DNA of 64,000 nucleotides from Alphaproteobacteria bacterium. Its GTDB lineage: Bacteria; Pseudomonadota; Alphaproteobacteria; MPNO01; UBA830. The notes under the pieces were generated by a model. That model ran no database searches, was not told the origin of the DNA, and saw only the letters and a list, made by a program, of their open reading frames with translations. The stretch's first letter is position 1. Each line of letters begins with the position of its first letter. The translations under genes and the position numbers were made by a program. This document shows, piece by piece, positions 37,984-50,352 of this stretch. The stretch is taken from positions 960,001 to 1,024,000 of the forward strand of contig OZ219791.1 in NCBI GenBank assembly GCA_964291215.2, given 5' to 3'.

Positions 37984-40402
37984 GTATCTGCTCACCCCTC
38001 CGTAGAGGTGGGTTTGGCGTTGTGCATTCTCGATATGGCCGTGATATTCAGCCAGGATCAGGATTTGGCGGAGCTAGCCCTGCCGAGCAATGACAATTAC
38101 GACGTGACGTCGCGGGTCTGAATGTGTTGCAAGGCCTGCCGCTGTCCGGCTTGGAAGCCGACTTGATGGCCAAGAACGGCGCTGGGTTGCGCCACATGAT
38201 CTGGTGTCCGGGCTCGGGTTGCGATCCCGGTACCCGCCAGGATGGGCCACCAGGCGGACGGCATCCCCGAGGCGGTCGGCATGCGCTTCTCGGCCGCGTA
38301 GTCGCGCAGGAAGCTCGGCTCCTGATCGGTGAACATCAGTTCGGGCTCACAGTCGGGTACCTGCCGCAGGGTCATGACCATGATGCGCGATGACGGCGTT
38401 GATGGCGATGGCCCGCTGCAGTCGTTCTGCGGTCCGGAACAGCAGGAACTCGGTGCGACAGCCTGACTTGAGGACGCGGAAGAAGTCTTCGACCTTCCAC
38501 CTCTGAAGATAGAAGCCGACCATCCTGGCGGCGTCCTCGGCGCTGCGCACCTTGAGCGTGGTGAGCAGGAACCACTGCACCGGGTTCTCGGGGGGATCGG
38601 TTTCGATGACGTGGACACCGGAAAGGGCGAGCGGCCTTCGAGGGTAGAGGACAAGGTCACGCGGCGGAACCGCAGTGTGCACTGAGCCACGCGTTTGCGT
38701 CGGGCGCCTTCGTTCGGCTCGCCTTCGGACGCTCGCCGTCGACCTCGACGGTGATGCCGCCTGCGCTCAAGGTTGCAAACAGCGCGCCCCTTGCCGAGAA
38801 CCCGGTCATGCAGGAGCCCGACCCGTGGGTTGAGACGTTGATGACAGCTCGAAGAAGTCCGCTTCCCGATCACGGACCGAGATCACGCGCGTCGTGACGT
38901 CGCGAACCGCTTCGTCGATGTCCTTGAAGCCTTCCATCCAGCGCCGGCTCTTCAACCGCTCCTCGGCCGCCGGGGAGCGCTGCTTCACCGCATCGAAGCC
39001 CGGACGCAGAACCTCGAGCGGCAACCCCGTCTCGCTCATCGCCAGCGTCGCATGCAGGCCCCGGGCCGACGAGGAGGTCTGGTTCTTGCCGATGACCTGA
39101 AGACCGTCGCATCCCGGCCGCCGGGAGAAATCGAGGTCGCTGGATCGCCAGCACGGTCGTTTGACCCCGGATGCGCCGGATCGTGCGCTCCCGATGCGGA
39201 GCAAGAATGTTCGCCACCGCACTCTCCACCGGCTTCTCGATCAGGCGGCAGAAAGCACTGATCGCCGTGTTGTCGGCATCCGTGCTCGCGGAATCCCGGA
39301 CAGGACGCCAGAAGAGCCGCACTCTTCACCAGACGTGCCGACAGTCGCTTGTCACCCAAGGGAGCACCTCCGAATTCGTTCGCCGCCCACACCGCAGCAT
39401 CCAGACCGTCTCCGGACCCCGGCAGGATCGACCGGACCCACTCCCAGCTTGCGTCGCCGATCCAGACCGCGCATCCATTGACGGTCTTGGCAGCGCGATG
39501 GTGACGATCCTGACGACCCTTCGTCCGCCCCGCACACACGAAGTTCGCAGCTCGCAGGCAGGTCCCGGCCCTCGTCCGCACAGGTTTCCACCACCAGGGG
39601 ACGGAATTCATACCGGGCCTCGAAATCCCTCGGCAGACGCCGGAGAAGCCACCCCGGAACATGGCTCCCGGCACCGCACCCGAAGCAGAAACCGACTCAG
39701 ACAGACCACCCGCTGGAGATGATCCCGCCCGGCGTCCATGCCATCCAGCGGTCGCGGGCCCGTCAACGCCGCCGCCGATATCCCGGCCGCACCCAGGATC
39801 CCGTGCTCCAAAGTCACAAGATAGCGCACCTGACAGCCGGCAAACGTCGTCATGCCATGAGGCTGCTCGCGCACCGTGTTCCACACCGTTCGCTCCGAAA
39901 CCTCGGTCACCACCGACAACCGCACCTGCGCCATCCCGGACAGACGGGACGGCACCCCGACCGGCACTTCTCCGTCAAGAAGACGCGGAGAGTTGTCCAC
40001 GGCAGCAGCCTGCGCCGCCGGAAGCCGGATATCACGACGATGCCAACGTGGTCAGGGCCTTCAGACAACTCGACAGCTACCAACGCCCCGCCGCGTCCCG
40101 GAACGAAAACTCCTCGCAAACGGCTCGCAGCCCGACGGCCAGAGTGCTGCTCCTGCGACAGGATGGCAGCAACGCGCGCCCGGGCCCGTCCTCGCGCAGA
40201 GTGTGAAGAATGCTGGATCGTGCCATCATGGCTGCAAGCTGGCGCAGGCCAAGCGGCACGTCCAGACCTAATTTATCATGACATGGCAGAGCTAGCCCAA
40301 AAAGCTCACACTAACCGAATCGACCTACGGTGTCAAATCTCCACGAAAACCCGTTCGTTGCTCTACCCCGACATCAAGCCGAAACCAAGGGGTGAGCAGT
40401 TA
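37984..40402 (-). mobile_element. miniature IS66-ended element carrying an NYN fragment, interrupted by IS4-DUF4338 copy 2
   Basis: Right end GTATCTGCTCACCCC at 37984 and left end ...GGGGTGAGCAGTTA at 40402. NYN residues LDMAVIFSQDQDLAELA|QKAH are split by the IS4 insertion. No TSD seen. Confidence 0.7.
38080..40289 (-). mobile_element. IS4-family (Tn5/IS50-like) element with DUF4338 region, eroded, copy 2
   Basis: VCEEFSFRDAAGRW, HLQRVVCLSRFLL, WAANEFGGAPLGDKRLSARLVKSA, WFLLTT, YLQRWKVEDFFRVLKSGC. 8-bp TSD AGCTAGCC. Ends CTGCC...GGCAG. Confidence 0.82.
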
Positions 40403-40551
40403 TAGCAAATCTGAAAATCGCAGGCTCGAACGCGTCGACCTGCGCCGCGATCAAGACTCCGATCACATCACATCAACAGGCATGGGATCATCGTGCTCTC
40501 GATTCGGTTGCTCTTGACGTTTCGTCTGATATCCTGCGTGCCTGCGCCATC

Positions 40552-41931
40552 ATGTTTTCCACGAATGATCCAAAAGACCAGACAGAACAGTTGATGCACG
40601 ACATTGCCCGGCACCGGCAGGCCCGATTTCCTGCCGCGCGCACCGTGTGCGCGGCGGCCCTCCATCTTGCGTGCCCGGTGGTCGCCATTGCCTGCGTTCT
40701 CATGGTCCTGTTGTCGGGAGGCCCGCTTGCTGCAGCATCCGGCACTGGAGCTCAGCCGCGCCAGGCCGGTCCCAGCCCGCAGCAGGCTTCCGCCGTCGCC
40801 GCATTGTTGTCGTCGTCTGACAAGACCGCGGTTCGCGAGTTCCGGGTCCGGCGCGGCGACACCCTGGCCAGGATCTTGCGCCGTGCCAGCATAGATCGCA
40901 CCCAGGCTCACGACGCAGCCGTGGCGTTTGGCAAGGTCTTCGATCTGCGCACGCTCAGGCTCGGCGAGGTGATCCGGATCACCCTGTCGGGGGACAGGCA
41001 CCTTCGGGAAATTCGCATTGATCGGGGGCCGGAAGAGTACGTTTTGACGCGCGGAGACCAGGCTGGCGTCTCCTTTGCCGCCGTTAGGACGGAAAAGGCG
41101 CTCACGAAGGAGCTTGTGCTTGCTGGGGGCAGAATCCGCACCAGCCTCTACGTCTCCGCCAAGAGGGCCAAGGTGCCCTACAATGTCCTCGCGCAGATGA
41201 TCAGGCTCTACAGCTGGTCGGTGGATTTCCAGCGCGAGATACAGCCGGGCGACACCTTCGAGATCGCCTATGAGCGGTTCTTGGATTTGGCCGGAAACGT
41301 CCTGGTCGATGGCGAAATCGTTTATGCGCAAATGGTCCTGTCAGGCGACGACATGCCGCTGTTCCGCTTCGAGACCAAGCCCGGGAGGGTCGAGTATTTC
41401 GACGACAAGGGCCGTGGCGCCCGCCGCACCCTGATGCGCACACCGATTGACGGTGCGCGGTTGTCATCGGGTTACGGCAAGCGCCAACATCCCATCCTCG
41501 GCTTTACCAGAATGCACCGTGGGGTTGATTTTGCGGCGCCGCGCGGCACGCCGATCTACGCCGCCGGCGACGGCGTTGTCAGGTTTCGAGGATGGAAGGG
41601 CGGATACGGGCGATACATCCAGATCCGCCACAACAGCACCTATTCGACGGCATACGGGCACCTGAGCAGGTTCCGGCGTGGCGTGACCAGGGGGTCGCGG
41701 GTTCGGCAGGGCCAGGTCATAGGCTATGTCGGCAGCAGCGGGCTTTCGACCGGTCCCCATCTCCACTACGAAGTTCTCGTGAACAACCGCAAGGTCAACC
41801 CCCTGTCGCTCACGCTGTCCACGGGCACGCGGCTGAAGGGACCGGCGCTTGTGCGTTTTCACGCCGAGCGCCGGCGAATAGCCCGCGAGGCTGCGTCACT
41901 GCGTCTGCTCGACACTGCCGGACTTCTGTAG
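40552..41931 (+). CDS. M23 peptidoglycan DD-endopeptidase (MepM-like)
   Basis: VRRGDTL, VDFQREIQPGD, HPILGFTRMHRGVDFAAPRGTPIYA, YGHLS, STGPHLHYEV. Start uncertain. Confidence 0.88.
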   Translation: MFSTNDPKDQTEQLMHDIARHRQARFPAARTVCAAALHLACPVVAIACVLMVLLSGGPLAAASGTGAQPRQAGPSPQQASAVAALLSSSDKTAVREFRVRRGDTLARILRRASIDRTQAHDAAVAFGKVFDLRTLRLGEVIRITLSGDRHLREIRIDRGPEEYVLTRGDQAGVSFAAVRTEKALTKELVLAGGRIRTSLYVSAKRAKVPYNVLAQMIRLYSWSVDFQREIQPGDTFEIAYERFLDLAGNVLVDGEIVYAQMVLSGDDMPLFRFETKPGRVEYFDDKGRGARRTLMRTPIDGARLSSGYGKRQHPILGFTRMHRGVDFAAPRGTPIYAAGDGVVRFRGWKGGYGRYIQIRHNSTYSTAYGHLSRFRRGVTRGSRVRQGQVIGYVGSSGLSTGPHLHYEVLVNNRKVNPLSLTLSTGTRLKGPALVRFHAERRRIAREAASLRLLDTAGLL

Positions 41932-41948
41932 GCCGCAAAGGGCCTTCG

Positions 41949-44546
41949 TCACGCTGCCTCCAGGCTCGTCTCTTCCTTCCCTGCAATCACGAGGCCGGTT
42001 GCGTCGGCGCCGACCGTAACGGTTTCGCCGTCGCAGATGCTGCCGTCGAGAATCCTGGCTGCAAGCGCGTTCTGCAGGCTGGTCTGGATGACCCGCTTCA
42101 GCGGTCGCGCGCCGTAGGCGGGGTCGAATCCCTTTTTGGCCAGCCAGGCCAACGCCGCGTCGTCGACCTCGAGCGTGATCTTGCGGTCGGCCAGCATCTC
42201 CCTGAGGCGGTCGATCTGGATGGCGACGATATCGGCCATCTGCTCGCGGCCGAGACGACTGAACAGCAGCAGTTCGTCGAGTCGGTTGAGAAACTCCGGC
42301 CGGAAGGCAGCGCGTACGATATCCATGACCCGGTCGCGAACGGCGTCGACCTCCTCTCCCTCTTCCTGGCCGGCGAGGATCTCGCTGCCGAGGTTCGAGG
42401 TCAGGATGATCAGCGTGTTGCGGAAGTCGACGGTCCGTCCCTGGCCGTCAGTCAGCCGTCCCTCGTCGAGAACCTGGAGCAGGATGTTGAAGATGTCGGG
42501 ATGGGCTTTCTCGATCTCGTCGAACAGGACCACCTGGTAGGGGCGTCTGCGCACGGCCTCGGTCAGCGCGCCTCCTTCCTCGTACCCGACATAGCCGGGC
42601 GGCGCCCCGATCAGCCGCGCCACGGCATGCTTTTCCATGTATTCCGACATGTCGAGGCGCTGCAGGGCGGTTTCGTCGTCGAACAGGAAGGCGGCGAGCG
42701 CCTTGGTCATTTCGGTCTTGCCGACGCCGGTCGGACCGAGAAACAGGAACGAGCCAAGAGGACGATGGGGGTCCTGCAGCCCGGCGCGCGCGCGGCGCAC
42801 GGCGTTGCTGACGGCAGCTAGGGCGGTCTCCTGGCCGACCACCCGCTGCCCGAGGACCTCCTCCATCCGCAGGAGCTTCTCGCGTTCGCCTTCCAGCATC
42901 CGGTCCACCGGAATACCGGTCCAGCGCGAGACGACTGAGGCGATGTGGCTGTCTGCCACTTCCTCGTCCAGCATCCGCTGTCCGTTGCCGGATTCGACAT
43001 TCAGATTCCGTTCCAGTTCCGGGATGATGCCGTAGGCGAGTTCGCCGGCCCGCGTCAGATCGCCGTCGCGCTGCGCCCGTTCCAGGTCGCTGCGCGCGGT
43101 GTCCAGCTCCTCCTTGACCCTCTGCGACGCCGCCAGCAGGCTTTTCTCCGACTGCCAGACATCGGTCAGTTCCCTCGACTTCTCTTCCAGCTCGTCGAGG
43201 TCCTCCTCAAGCTTCTCAAGGCGCTCTCTTGACGCCCTGTCCGGTTCCTTCCTCAGCGCCTCGCGTTCGATCTTGAGCTGAATGATGCGCCTGTCGAGCT
43301 CGTCGATCTCCTCGGGTTTGGAGTCGACCTCCATGCGCAGCCGCGACGCCGCCTCGTCCATCAGGTCGATCGCCTTGTCCGGCAGAAACCGGTCAGTGAT
43401 GTAGCGGTCGGACAGGGTTGCGGCGGCGACCAGCGCTCCGTCGGTGATCCGCACGCCGTGGAAGACCTCGTATTTTTCCTTCAGTCCGCGCAGGATGGAA
43501 ATCGTGTCCTCGACCGACGGCTCGGCAACGAAGACGGTCTGGAAGCGCCGCGCAAGGGCCGCATCCTTCTCGATATGCCGTCGGTGTTCGTCGAGCGTGG
43601 TGGCGCCAATGCAGTGGAGTTCGCCGCGTGCGAGCATCGGCTTTAGCATGTTCGAGGCGTCCATCGAGCCCTCGGCGGCGCCGGCGCCGACAAGCGTGTG
43701 CAGTTCGTCGATGAACAGGACGATGTTGCCGTCGTCGGCCTGAATCTCCTGGAGCACGGCCTTCAGCCGTTCCTCGAATTCGCCACGGAACTTGGCGCCG
43801 GCGACGAGCGCGCCGAGGTCGAGTGACATCAGGCGCTTGCTGCGCAGGCTCTCGGGAACGTCGCCGTTGACGATGCGTTGTGCGAGGCCCTCGACAATCG
43901 CGGTCTTGCCGACGCCGGGTTCTCCGATCAGCACAGGGTTGTTCTTGGTCCGGCGCGACAGGACCTGCATGGTCCGGCGGATCTCGTCATCCCGCCCCGT
44001 GACCGGGTCGACATCGCCCTTTCGCGCGCGCTCGGTCAGGTCGACCGCGTACTTCTTCAGCGCATCGTAGCTGTCTTCGGCCGTGGCGTTGTCCGCCTTG
44101 CGCCCCTTGCGCAACTCCTCGACGACCCGGTTGAGCGATTGCGGGGTGACCCCGGCACCCGTCAGGGAGTCGGCCGCCGGCGTGCCGGTGGCCAGCGCCA
44201 GCGCGATCAGGAGACGCTCGACGGTGACGAAACGGTCTTCGGCCTTGTCTGCGAGCTGGCGCACGCTCTCGAAAAGCCGCGCCATCTCGGGTGCGAGATA
44301 GAGCTGTGTCGCGCCCGTGCCCTCCACCTTCGGCAGCCGGTCGAGGGCCTCCTGCACGAGTTGTCGGGCCTTCTCCGGGCTGCCGCCGGCGGCGGCGATG
44401 AGGTTCGAAGAAAGGCCCTCGCTGTCGTCGAGAAGGACCTTGAGCAGATGTTCGGGCTTGAAGTGCTGGTGTCCGGCGGTCTGTGCTGCCATCTGGGCAG
44501 CCTGCACGAAACCGCGCGCTTTCTCCGTATAGGAATCGAAATCCAT
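41949..44546 (-). CDS. clpB: ATP-dependent chaperone ClpB
   Basis: [38 protein letters not shown], coiled-coil M domain, [18 protein letters not shown]. Confidence 0.97.
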   Translation of the reverse strand: MDFDSYTEKARGFVQAAQMAAQTAGHQHFKPEHLLKVLLDDSEGLSSNLIAAAGGSPEKARQLVQEALDRLPKVEGTGATQLYLAPEMARLFESVRQLADKAEDRFVTVERLLIALALATGTPAADSLTGAGVTPQSLNRVVEELRKGRKADNATAEDSYDALKKYAVDLTERARKGDVDPVTGRDDEIRRTMQVLSRRTKNNPVLIGEPGVGKTAIVEGLAQRIVNGDVPESLRSKRLMSLDLGALVAGAKFRGEFEERLKAVLQEIQADDGNIVLFIDELHTLVGAGAAEGSMDASNMLKPMLARGELHCIGATTLDEHRRHIEKDAALARRFQTVFVAEPSVEDTISILRGLKEKYEVFHGVRITDGALVAAATLSDRYITDRFLPDKAIDLMDEAASRLRMEVDSKPEEIDELDRRIIQLKIEREALRKEPDRASRERLEKLEEDLDELEEKSRELTDVWQSEKSLLAASQRVKEELDTARSDLERAQRDGDLTRAGELAYGIIPELERNLNVESGNGQRMLDEEVADSHIASVVSRWTGIPVDRMLEGEREKLLRMEEVLGQRVVGQETALAAVSNAVRRARAGLQDPHRPLGSFLFLGPTGVGKTEMTKALAAFLFDDETALQRLDMSEYMEKHAVARLIGAPPGYVGYEEGGALTEAVRRRPYQVVLFDEIEKAHPDIFNILLQVLDEGRLTDGQGRTVDFRNTLIILTSNLGSEILAGQEEGEEVDAVRDRVMDIVRAAFRPEFLNRLDELLLFSRLGREQMADIVAIQIDRLREMLADRKITLEVDDAALAWLAKKGFDPAYGARPLKRVIQTSLQNALAARILDGSICDGETVTVGADATGLVIAGKEETSLEAA

Positions 44547-44724
44547 GGTTGGCAACTCCGCTGTCAGACGTTGCGATACTGCCCCCGCAGAGCGGCAGGC
44601 AAAGGTGACGGACCCGCCAAGCGGCGTCCGTTACTTGATATGGGAGAGTGCGCCCGAATTGCAAGGGCGACATCGGCACCGGCTGTCGCGCACGGCCGGT
44701 TCCGGTGGCGGAGGAAGGGCCGGG

Positions 44725-45234
44725 TCAGGCGCCGGCGGTCTTATCCGCCTCGTCGTTCTTGGCCTCGGCAGCGTCGCCCTTGTCCTCGGCGACGGAGACC
44801 CGCGGTTGGGGTTCGTTTGCAGGATCCCGGGCGGGCTTGGGCGGAGCCGGATTGCGATGGCCGCCACCACCCTTTGCCATGGCCTCGGGCTGTCCGCCGT
44901 TGAGGTCGGCGGGCGCCGGGGATGGAACTGGAGCGTTCTGTGCCTGTCCGGATTCGCTTGCACCGCCATAGCGCCGGTTGTTCGGCACGTTGGCGGAATT
45001 GAGTATGCGAAAATAGTGTTCGGCGTGTTGGTAATAGCTCTCTGCGGCGATACGGTCGCCGGACGACGAGGCATCGCGGGCCAGCGCGAGATACTTGTCA
45101 ACGACCTGCTGTGCGTTGCCGCGAACCTTCACGTCGGGACCGTTGCTGTCAAAGGATTGGTTGCGCGGATTGGGCAGTCTCCTGCCATTGCCCCGCCCCC
45201 TCATGCGCTTGTTATTGTGCGGACCCTGTTTCAT
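44725..45234 (-). CDS. DUF4167 domain protein
   Basis: FDSNGPDVKVRGNAQQVVDKYLALARDA.SSGDRIAAESYYQHAEHYFR. Confidence 0.9.
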   Translation of the reverse strand: MKQGPHNNKRMRGRGNGRRLPNPRNQSFDSNGPDVKVRGNAQQVVDKYLALARDASSSGDRIAAESYYQHAEHYFRILNSANVPNNRRYGGASESGQAQNAPVPSPAPADLNGGQPEAMAKGGGGHRNPAPPKPARDPANEPQPRVSVAEDKGDAAEAKNDEADKTAGA

Positions 45235-46022
45235 CGTGTCTTCCGTATGGTTATTGGTCTGGTCAGTGTTTGTGCGTTGCCATCGGCCGCCGCCGTCCTG
45301 TTCCGAGTGGGCGGCATCGCCACCCCGTTATCTGGCGCAGCGCCGGAACTGAAATTGGCACCGCGACCACGAGCCTGCCGTCGGGTTGCGCGCGGTCCGG
45401 CCGATGGCCTGCCCATCCCGGAGATCCGGATCGGCGTGGTCGCGCGCGGTTTTCGAGCCCTTTTCCTCACCCCGGTTGTCAACTGGCGTTTGCTTTCCGA
45501 ACAGGTCTTCGAGCGGCTCGTCCCGGCGGTTCTATGCCCTTTCAGCCCGCCGCTAACCCGTCCTGTCCGTCTGCCAACGCCACGCATGGCTACCCGTTCC
45601 TTCGATTTCAGCAGCAATGCCGAACCGGTTCGTCCGCGGCCGGTCGTCTCTTCCGGTTTCGGCAGTTCTTCTTCGCGGCCTGCTTCCGTCGCGCCATCCC
45701 CGCTGGCGGATCACTAGCCGGCACCGGGGCGTCTTGCCAGCCGATCATGATTTGAACACGGCAGCGAGGGCCTTTCGGCGACGCGAGGCAAAAGCGCATG
45801 GACCGGGTGTCCGGATCACCGGAACCGTTCACATGCCTGTCCGGGAACCGGTCCATCGTACCGGCACCATAGCCCGAGCAGGTGCGGTCCATTCCGTTGC
45901 CGCAATCCTAGAAGGAATCCCGCGCCGAGGCAACCATCCGCAGCGGGAAATTCTCAAGGCGGCGGAATCCTAGCATCCTGCGGCGGCATGTCAAAGGCCG
46001 GTGAAAGGGCGCGGACCGGAGT

Positions 46023-47807
46023 TCAGCGCGGCAGGTCGATACGGACCGACAGCTCCTTCAGGCGGTCCTCCGGAACCGGCGCCGGCGCGTTCATCATCAG
46101 GTCCTGGGCCTGCTGGTTCATCGGAAACAGCGTTACTTCCCGGATGTTGGGTTCGTCGGCAAGGAGCATGACGATGCGATCGACGCCGGGTGCCGATCCG
46201 CCGTGCGGCGGGGCTCCGAACCTGAAGGCGTTGAGCATCCCGCCGAACTGCTCCTCGACCTCGTCTTTCGCATAACCGGCTATCTCGAACGCCTTGTACA
46301 TTATCTCGGGCCGGTGATTCCGTATCGCGCCGCTCGACAGCTCGACCCCGTTGCACACGATGTCGTACTGATAGGCGAGAATGTCGAGGGGATCCCGGGT
46401 CTCGAGCGCTTCCAGCCCGCCCTGGGGCATGGAGAAGGGGTTGTGGCTGAATTCGATGCGACCGGTGCTCTCGTCGCGCTCGTACATCGGGTAGTCCACC
46501 ACCCAGCAGAACCGGAAACTGTCGCTCTCGATCAGTTCGAGACGCTCTCCGATCTCGCTTCGCGCGCGCGCCGCAAAGGCGGCGAACTCCGCCGGCTTGC
46601 CGCACACGAAGAACACCGCGTCGCCGTGCTCCGGTATGTGGTCGGGCGGAAAGGCCTTGCGCAGCAGCCGGAGTCTGTCTTTCCCGAGATTGCGCGCGAT
46701 CGGTCCCGCCGCCTCGTCGTCGCGATAGAAGATGTAGCCGAGCCCCGGTTGCCCCTCGCTCTGGGCCCAGCTGTTCATGCGGTCGCAGAAGGCCCGCGAT
46801 CCGCCGCCGGGCGCCGGAATCGCACATACCCGAACGTCGCCGTCACCGGCGACCATGTCGGCGAAGATGCGGAAATCGGAACCCCGAAAGACATCGGTAA
46901 CGTCGCGCATCTCGATCGGGTTGCGCAGGTCCGGCTTATCCGTGCCGTAGCGCGCCATCGCGTCCGTATAGCTGATCCTCGGAAACGGGCAGCCGGAGAC
47001 CGTGCGTCCCGCGGCGAACTCTCCGAAAAGGCCGTGAAGCAGCGTTTCGACGACATGGAGGACATCATCCTGGGTCGCAAACGACATCTCTATATCTAGC
47101 TGGTAGAACTCGCCCGGAGAACGGTCGGCTCGCGCGTCCTCGTCGCGAAAACAGGGCGCGATCTGGAAGTACCGGTCGAAGCCGGCGACCATGATCAGCT
47201 GCTTGAACTGCTGCGGTGCCTGCGGCAGGGCATAGAACCGTCCCGCGTGGAGCCTGCTCGGCACTAGGAAGTCCCGCGCGCCCTCGGGGGAGCTCGAGGT
47301 GAGGATCGGGGTCTGGAATTCGGTGAACCCGAGCCCGTTCATCCGCGTCCGGATGCTCGTGATCACCCGCGAGCGCAGCATGATGTGGTCATGGACCCGG
47401 GCGCGGCGGAGGTCGAGGAAACGGTAGCGCAGCCGCACCTCCTCGCCGTAGTCGCGGTCGCTGTTCACTTCCAGGGGAAGGAGGGCGCTCGGGCCCAGTA
47501 CTTCGCAGGCGTCGATGCGGAGCTCGACCTCGCCGGTCGGGAGGCTTTCGTTGCGCGTCTCCTCGGACCGCCTTTCGATCCGTCCGGTGACGCAGATCAC
47601 CGTCTCAAGGCGGAGCGCGGTGATTTCGTCGAAGCCCGGCTCGCTGGCTTCGATCACGCATTGGGTCAGGCCGTAATGGTCTCTCAGGTCCACGAACAGG
47701 AGATTGCCGTGGTCTCGCTTGCGATGGACCCAGCCCGACAGCCGTGCCTCGGTGCCGGCATCGGTGACGCGCAGTTCGCCACATGTATGGGTGCGATAGG
47801 GATGCAC
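46023..47807 (-). CDS. aspS: aspartate--tRNA ligase
   Basis: [56 protein letters not shown]. Confidence 0.97.
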   Translation of the reverse strand: MHPYRTHTCGELRVTDAGTEARLSGWVHRKRDHGNLLFVDLRDHYGLTQCVIEASEPGFDEITALRLETVICVTGRIERRSEETRNESLPTGEVELRIDACEVLGPSALLPLEVNSDRDYGEEVRLRYRFLDLRRARVHDHIMLRSRVITSIRTRMNGLGFTEFQTPILTSSSPEGARDFLVPSRLHAGRFYALPQAPQQFKQLIMVAGFDRYFQIAPCFRDEDARADRSPGEFYQLDIEMSFATQDDVLHVVETLLHGLFGEFAAGRTVSGCPFPRISYTDAMARYGTDKPDLRNPIEMRDVTDVFRGSDFRIFADMVAGDGDVRVCAIPAPGGGSRAFCDRMNSWAQSEGQPGLGYIFYRDDEAAGPIARNLGKDRLRLLRKAFPPDHIPEHGDAVFFVCGKPAEFAAFAARARSEIGERLELIESDSFRFCWVVDYPMYERDESTGRIEFSHNPFSMPQGGLEALETRDPLDILAYQYDIVCNGVELSSGAIRNHRPEIMYKAFEIAGYAKDEVEEQFGGMLNAFRFGAPPHGGSAPGVDRIVMLLADEPNIREVTLFPMNQQAQDLMMNAPAPVPEDRLKELSVRIDLPR

Positions 47808-47946
47808 GATTTGGCCCTTTTTCCGGCAGGAGGCGCGGCCGGGCAGGTGATTGCGGGCACCCAGCCTGACCGTGCGGATTTGCAGCGGTTTGTATACCCG
47901 TATTTGTGGCGCTTCAAGTTGCCCTTTCCGGAGTGTATACAAGCGC

Positions 47947-49209
47947 ATGCCCCCAATCATCAGCAACACCCGGGAACTCGCCGCGTTCTGCGTGCGCGCC
48001 GAGGCCTTCCCGTCGGTCGCGGTCGACACGGAGTTCATGCGCGACCGCACGTTCTGGCCGGTGCTCTGCCTTGTCCAGGTCGCCACCCAGGACGAGGCGC
48101 TTGCCATCGACGCGCTTGCCGACGGCATCGACCTCTCGCCGCTTTTCGCGCTGCTATCGAACCGTCTCGTCCTCAAGGTCTTTCACTCCGCCCGCCAGGA
48201 CCTGGAGATCTTCCACATGCTGACGGGCCGCGTTCCGGAACCGGTCTTCGACACACAGCTTGCGGCCATGGTCTGCGGCTATGGCGACTCGATCGGCTAC
48301 GACAAACTCGTCCGCGACATCACCGGCCATTCGGTTGACAAGGCCCTCCAGTTCACCGACTGGGCGAAGCGACCGCTGAGCGGGAAGCAGGTCGCCTACG
48401 CGCTGAGCGACGTGACGCATCTGCGAGAGGTCCATGCCAGCCTTTCGAAACGGCTCGAATCGCGGAACCGTGGCTCATGGCTCGCCGAGGAGATGGCGAT
48501 GCTGGCTGATCCCGCCACCTACCGGAGTGATCCCGAAGACGCCTGGAAACGCCTGAAGGCCAGGATCCGGAAGCCGCTCAACTTGGCGATGCTGCGGGCG
48601 CTCGCCGCGTGGCGCGAACGCGAGGCCCAGGCGCGCGACGTGCCGCGCAACCGGGTTCTCGGCGATCGGATGATCACCGAGATTTCGGCGGCGGCGCCGC
48701 GCACCGTATCCGAGCTCCGGTCGCTGCGCGCCATCGACCGGGGGCGCCTCGGCAAGGATGCCGAGGAGCGGATCGTGGCCGTTCTCGATGAAGTCAGGAA
48801 CGCGGATCCGTCGTCTTGGCCACGGCCGCCCGCCGAGCCGCCGCAGCGGCAAGGCAACGGAGCGGTGGCGGGCCTTGTGAAGCTCCTGCTGCGGATCAGG
48901 TGCGAGGAGCACGGGGTCGCTCCGAAGCTTCTTGCCTCGTCCGCCGATCTTGCCGCGATCGTGCAGAGCGACACGGCCGATGTTCCGGCGCTTCAGGGCT
49001 GGCGTCGCGAGATCTTCGGCGCCGATGCGCTGAGGCTCAAGCACGGCGAGATCGCGATTGTCATACGGAATTCGCGGCCCGCCCTGCTCGAGGTCGGTTC
49101 CGGAGCACCGGGAGGAACGGTCATTCCGGCTCAGGCGGGTGACGCTCCAGAGCTTCCCGCACCACGGACAGGGTCACGCCGCGGCGCGCGGCGAGCGCGG
49201 CGCGGTTGA
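47947..49209 (+). CDS. rnd: ribonuclease D
   Basis: [61 protein letters not shown]. Confidence 0.93.
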   Translation: MPPIISNTRELAAFCVRAEAFPSVAVDTEFMRDRTFWPVLCLVQVATQDEALAIDALADGIDLSPLFALLSNRLVLKVFHSARQDLEIFHMLTGRVPEPVFDTQLAAMVCGYGDSIGYDKLVRDITGHSVDKALQFTDWAKRPLSGKQVAYALSDVTHLREVHASLSKRLESRNRGSWLAEEMAMLADPATYRSDPEDAWKRLKARIRKPLNLAMLRALAAWREREAQARDVPRNRVLGDRMITEISAAAPRTVSELRSLRAIDRGRLGKDAEERIVAVLDEVRNADPSSWPRPPAEPPQRQGNGAVAGLVKLLLRIRCEEHGVAPKLLASSADLAAIVQSDTADVPALQGWRREIFGADALRLKHGEIAIVIRNSRPALLEVGSGAPGGTVIPAQAGDAPELPAPRTGSRRGARRARRG

Positions 49210-49795
49210 TCTCGGCGACCAGCCGTTCCGCTGCCGCAAAGGACAGTTCCATGCGGGTCACGAGATAGGTCAGCACGTTGTCCGCGATGTCGAGATGCAG
49301 GTCGGCAAGCATCTTGACGACGATCGCCGAGATCAGCGCCTCGTCGGGTGAACCGATGCTGGCTGTCGGCGCCGCGGCGAGCCGCGACACCAGATCGGGC
49401 AGGCGCCCCGCCCAGCGCGCCGGCGGCTGCCTTGCCGTGATCAGGACATGGCCGCCGTTCTCGACAACCGCGTTGTAGAGGTGCAGCACCGCGGTGTCGC
49501 TTGCCTGCCTGTCGGCGTCTTCAATGATGACGCTGCTGCTGCCGGTCTCCCCGAGCCCGGGGACCGCTTCCGCCTTGAAGACCTGCGCCTGCGACCTTGT
49601 CCGCCACACCTGTCCGAGATGGGTCTTGCCGCTGCCCGGCGGGCCAACGAGCACCAGGGCGGGGCTGGGCCAGTCGGGCCAGCGGTCGATCCATGCCGCG
49701 GCTTCGGCATTGGATGACGATACCAGGAAGTCTTCGCGCCCCATCGCCGGATGATGGCGCAGGTCGAGTGCGAGTTGCCGTGTCCCGTGGGTCAT
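49121..49795 (-). CDS. hdaA: DnaA regulatory inactivator HdaA
   Basis: N-terminal clamp-binding motif RQLALDL, GREDFLVSSSN, WPDWP, GPPGSGKTHL, LPDLVSRL. Confidence 0.88.
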   Translation of the reverse strand: MTHGTRQLALDLRHHPAMGREDFLVSSSNAEAAAWIDRWPDWPSPALVLVGPPGSGKTHLGQVWRTRSQAQVFKAEAVPGLGETGSSSVIIEDADRQASDTAVLHLYNAVVENGGHVLITARQPPARWAGRLPDLVSRLAAAPTASIGSPDEALISAIVVKMLADLHLDIADNVLTYLVTRMELSFAAAERLVAEINRAALAARRGVTLSVVREALERHPPEPE

Positions 49796-50352
49796 GGTGC
49801 GGCCGGCGGTCTGTTCTTCCCGTTGCCGGCTGTCTGGCGGGCCCAGTAGACCAGGTAGCTGGCGCCGGAAGCCGCGGTCGTCGCCGCGACGAGATAGATC
49901 ATTGCGCTTTCCAGCAGGCCGACGCGGATGTCCAGGGCCAGTTGTCCGAGAACGAAGGCGGCAAGGCCGATCTGGACGGCCGTGTTCAGCTTGCTGATGG
50001 CCAGCGGTCGGATCCTGACCTCGACCAGGACCAGCGGTGCCAGCACCGCACCGCCAATAATGAGGAGGTCGCGGAAGACCACGAGAACGACAAGCCAGTT
50101 GGGGAGGTCTCCCTGCAGACCGAGCGTCACATAAATGCTGACCAGCAGCGCCTTGTCGGCAAGCGGATCCAGGAGCGCACCGATCCGTGTTGTCTGATTG
50201 TAGCGCTTGGCCAGGTAGCCGTCGAGGGCGTCCGATATCCCGGCCGCGACGAACAGCAGGAACGCGGCCATGTACGCGGTTTGCATCAGCAGGTAGACGG
50301 CGACCGGCACGCTCAGAAGCCGGCCAAGCGTGATGAGATTGGGAAGGTTCAC
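49792..50352 (-). CDS. CDP-alcohol phosphatidyltransferase (PgsA-like)
   Basis: [39 protein letters not shown]. Confidence 0.9.
   Translation of the reverse strand: MNLPNLITLGRLLSVPVAVYLLMQTAYMAAFLLFVAAGISDALDGYLAKRYNQTTRIGALLDPLADKALLVSIYVTLGLQGDLPNWLVVLVVFRDLLIIGGAVLAPLVLVEVRIRPLAISKLNTAVQIGLAAFVLGQLALDIRVGLLESAMIYLVAATTAASGASYLVYWARQTAGNGKNRPPAAP

Noticed and set aside
49121-49209. 89-bp convergent overlap of rnd and hdaA
   Set aside because: The overlapping part is a low-complexity C-terminal extension of rnd, most likely stop-codon drift.
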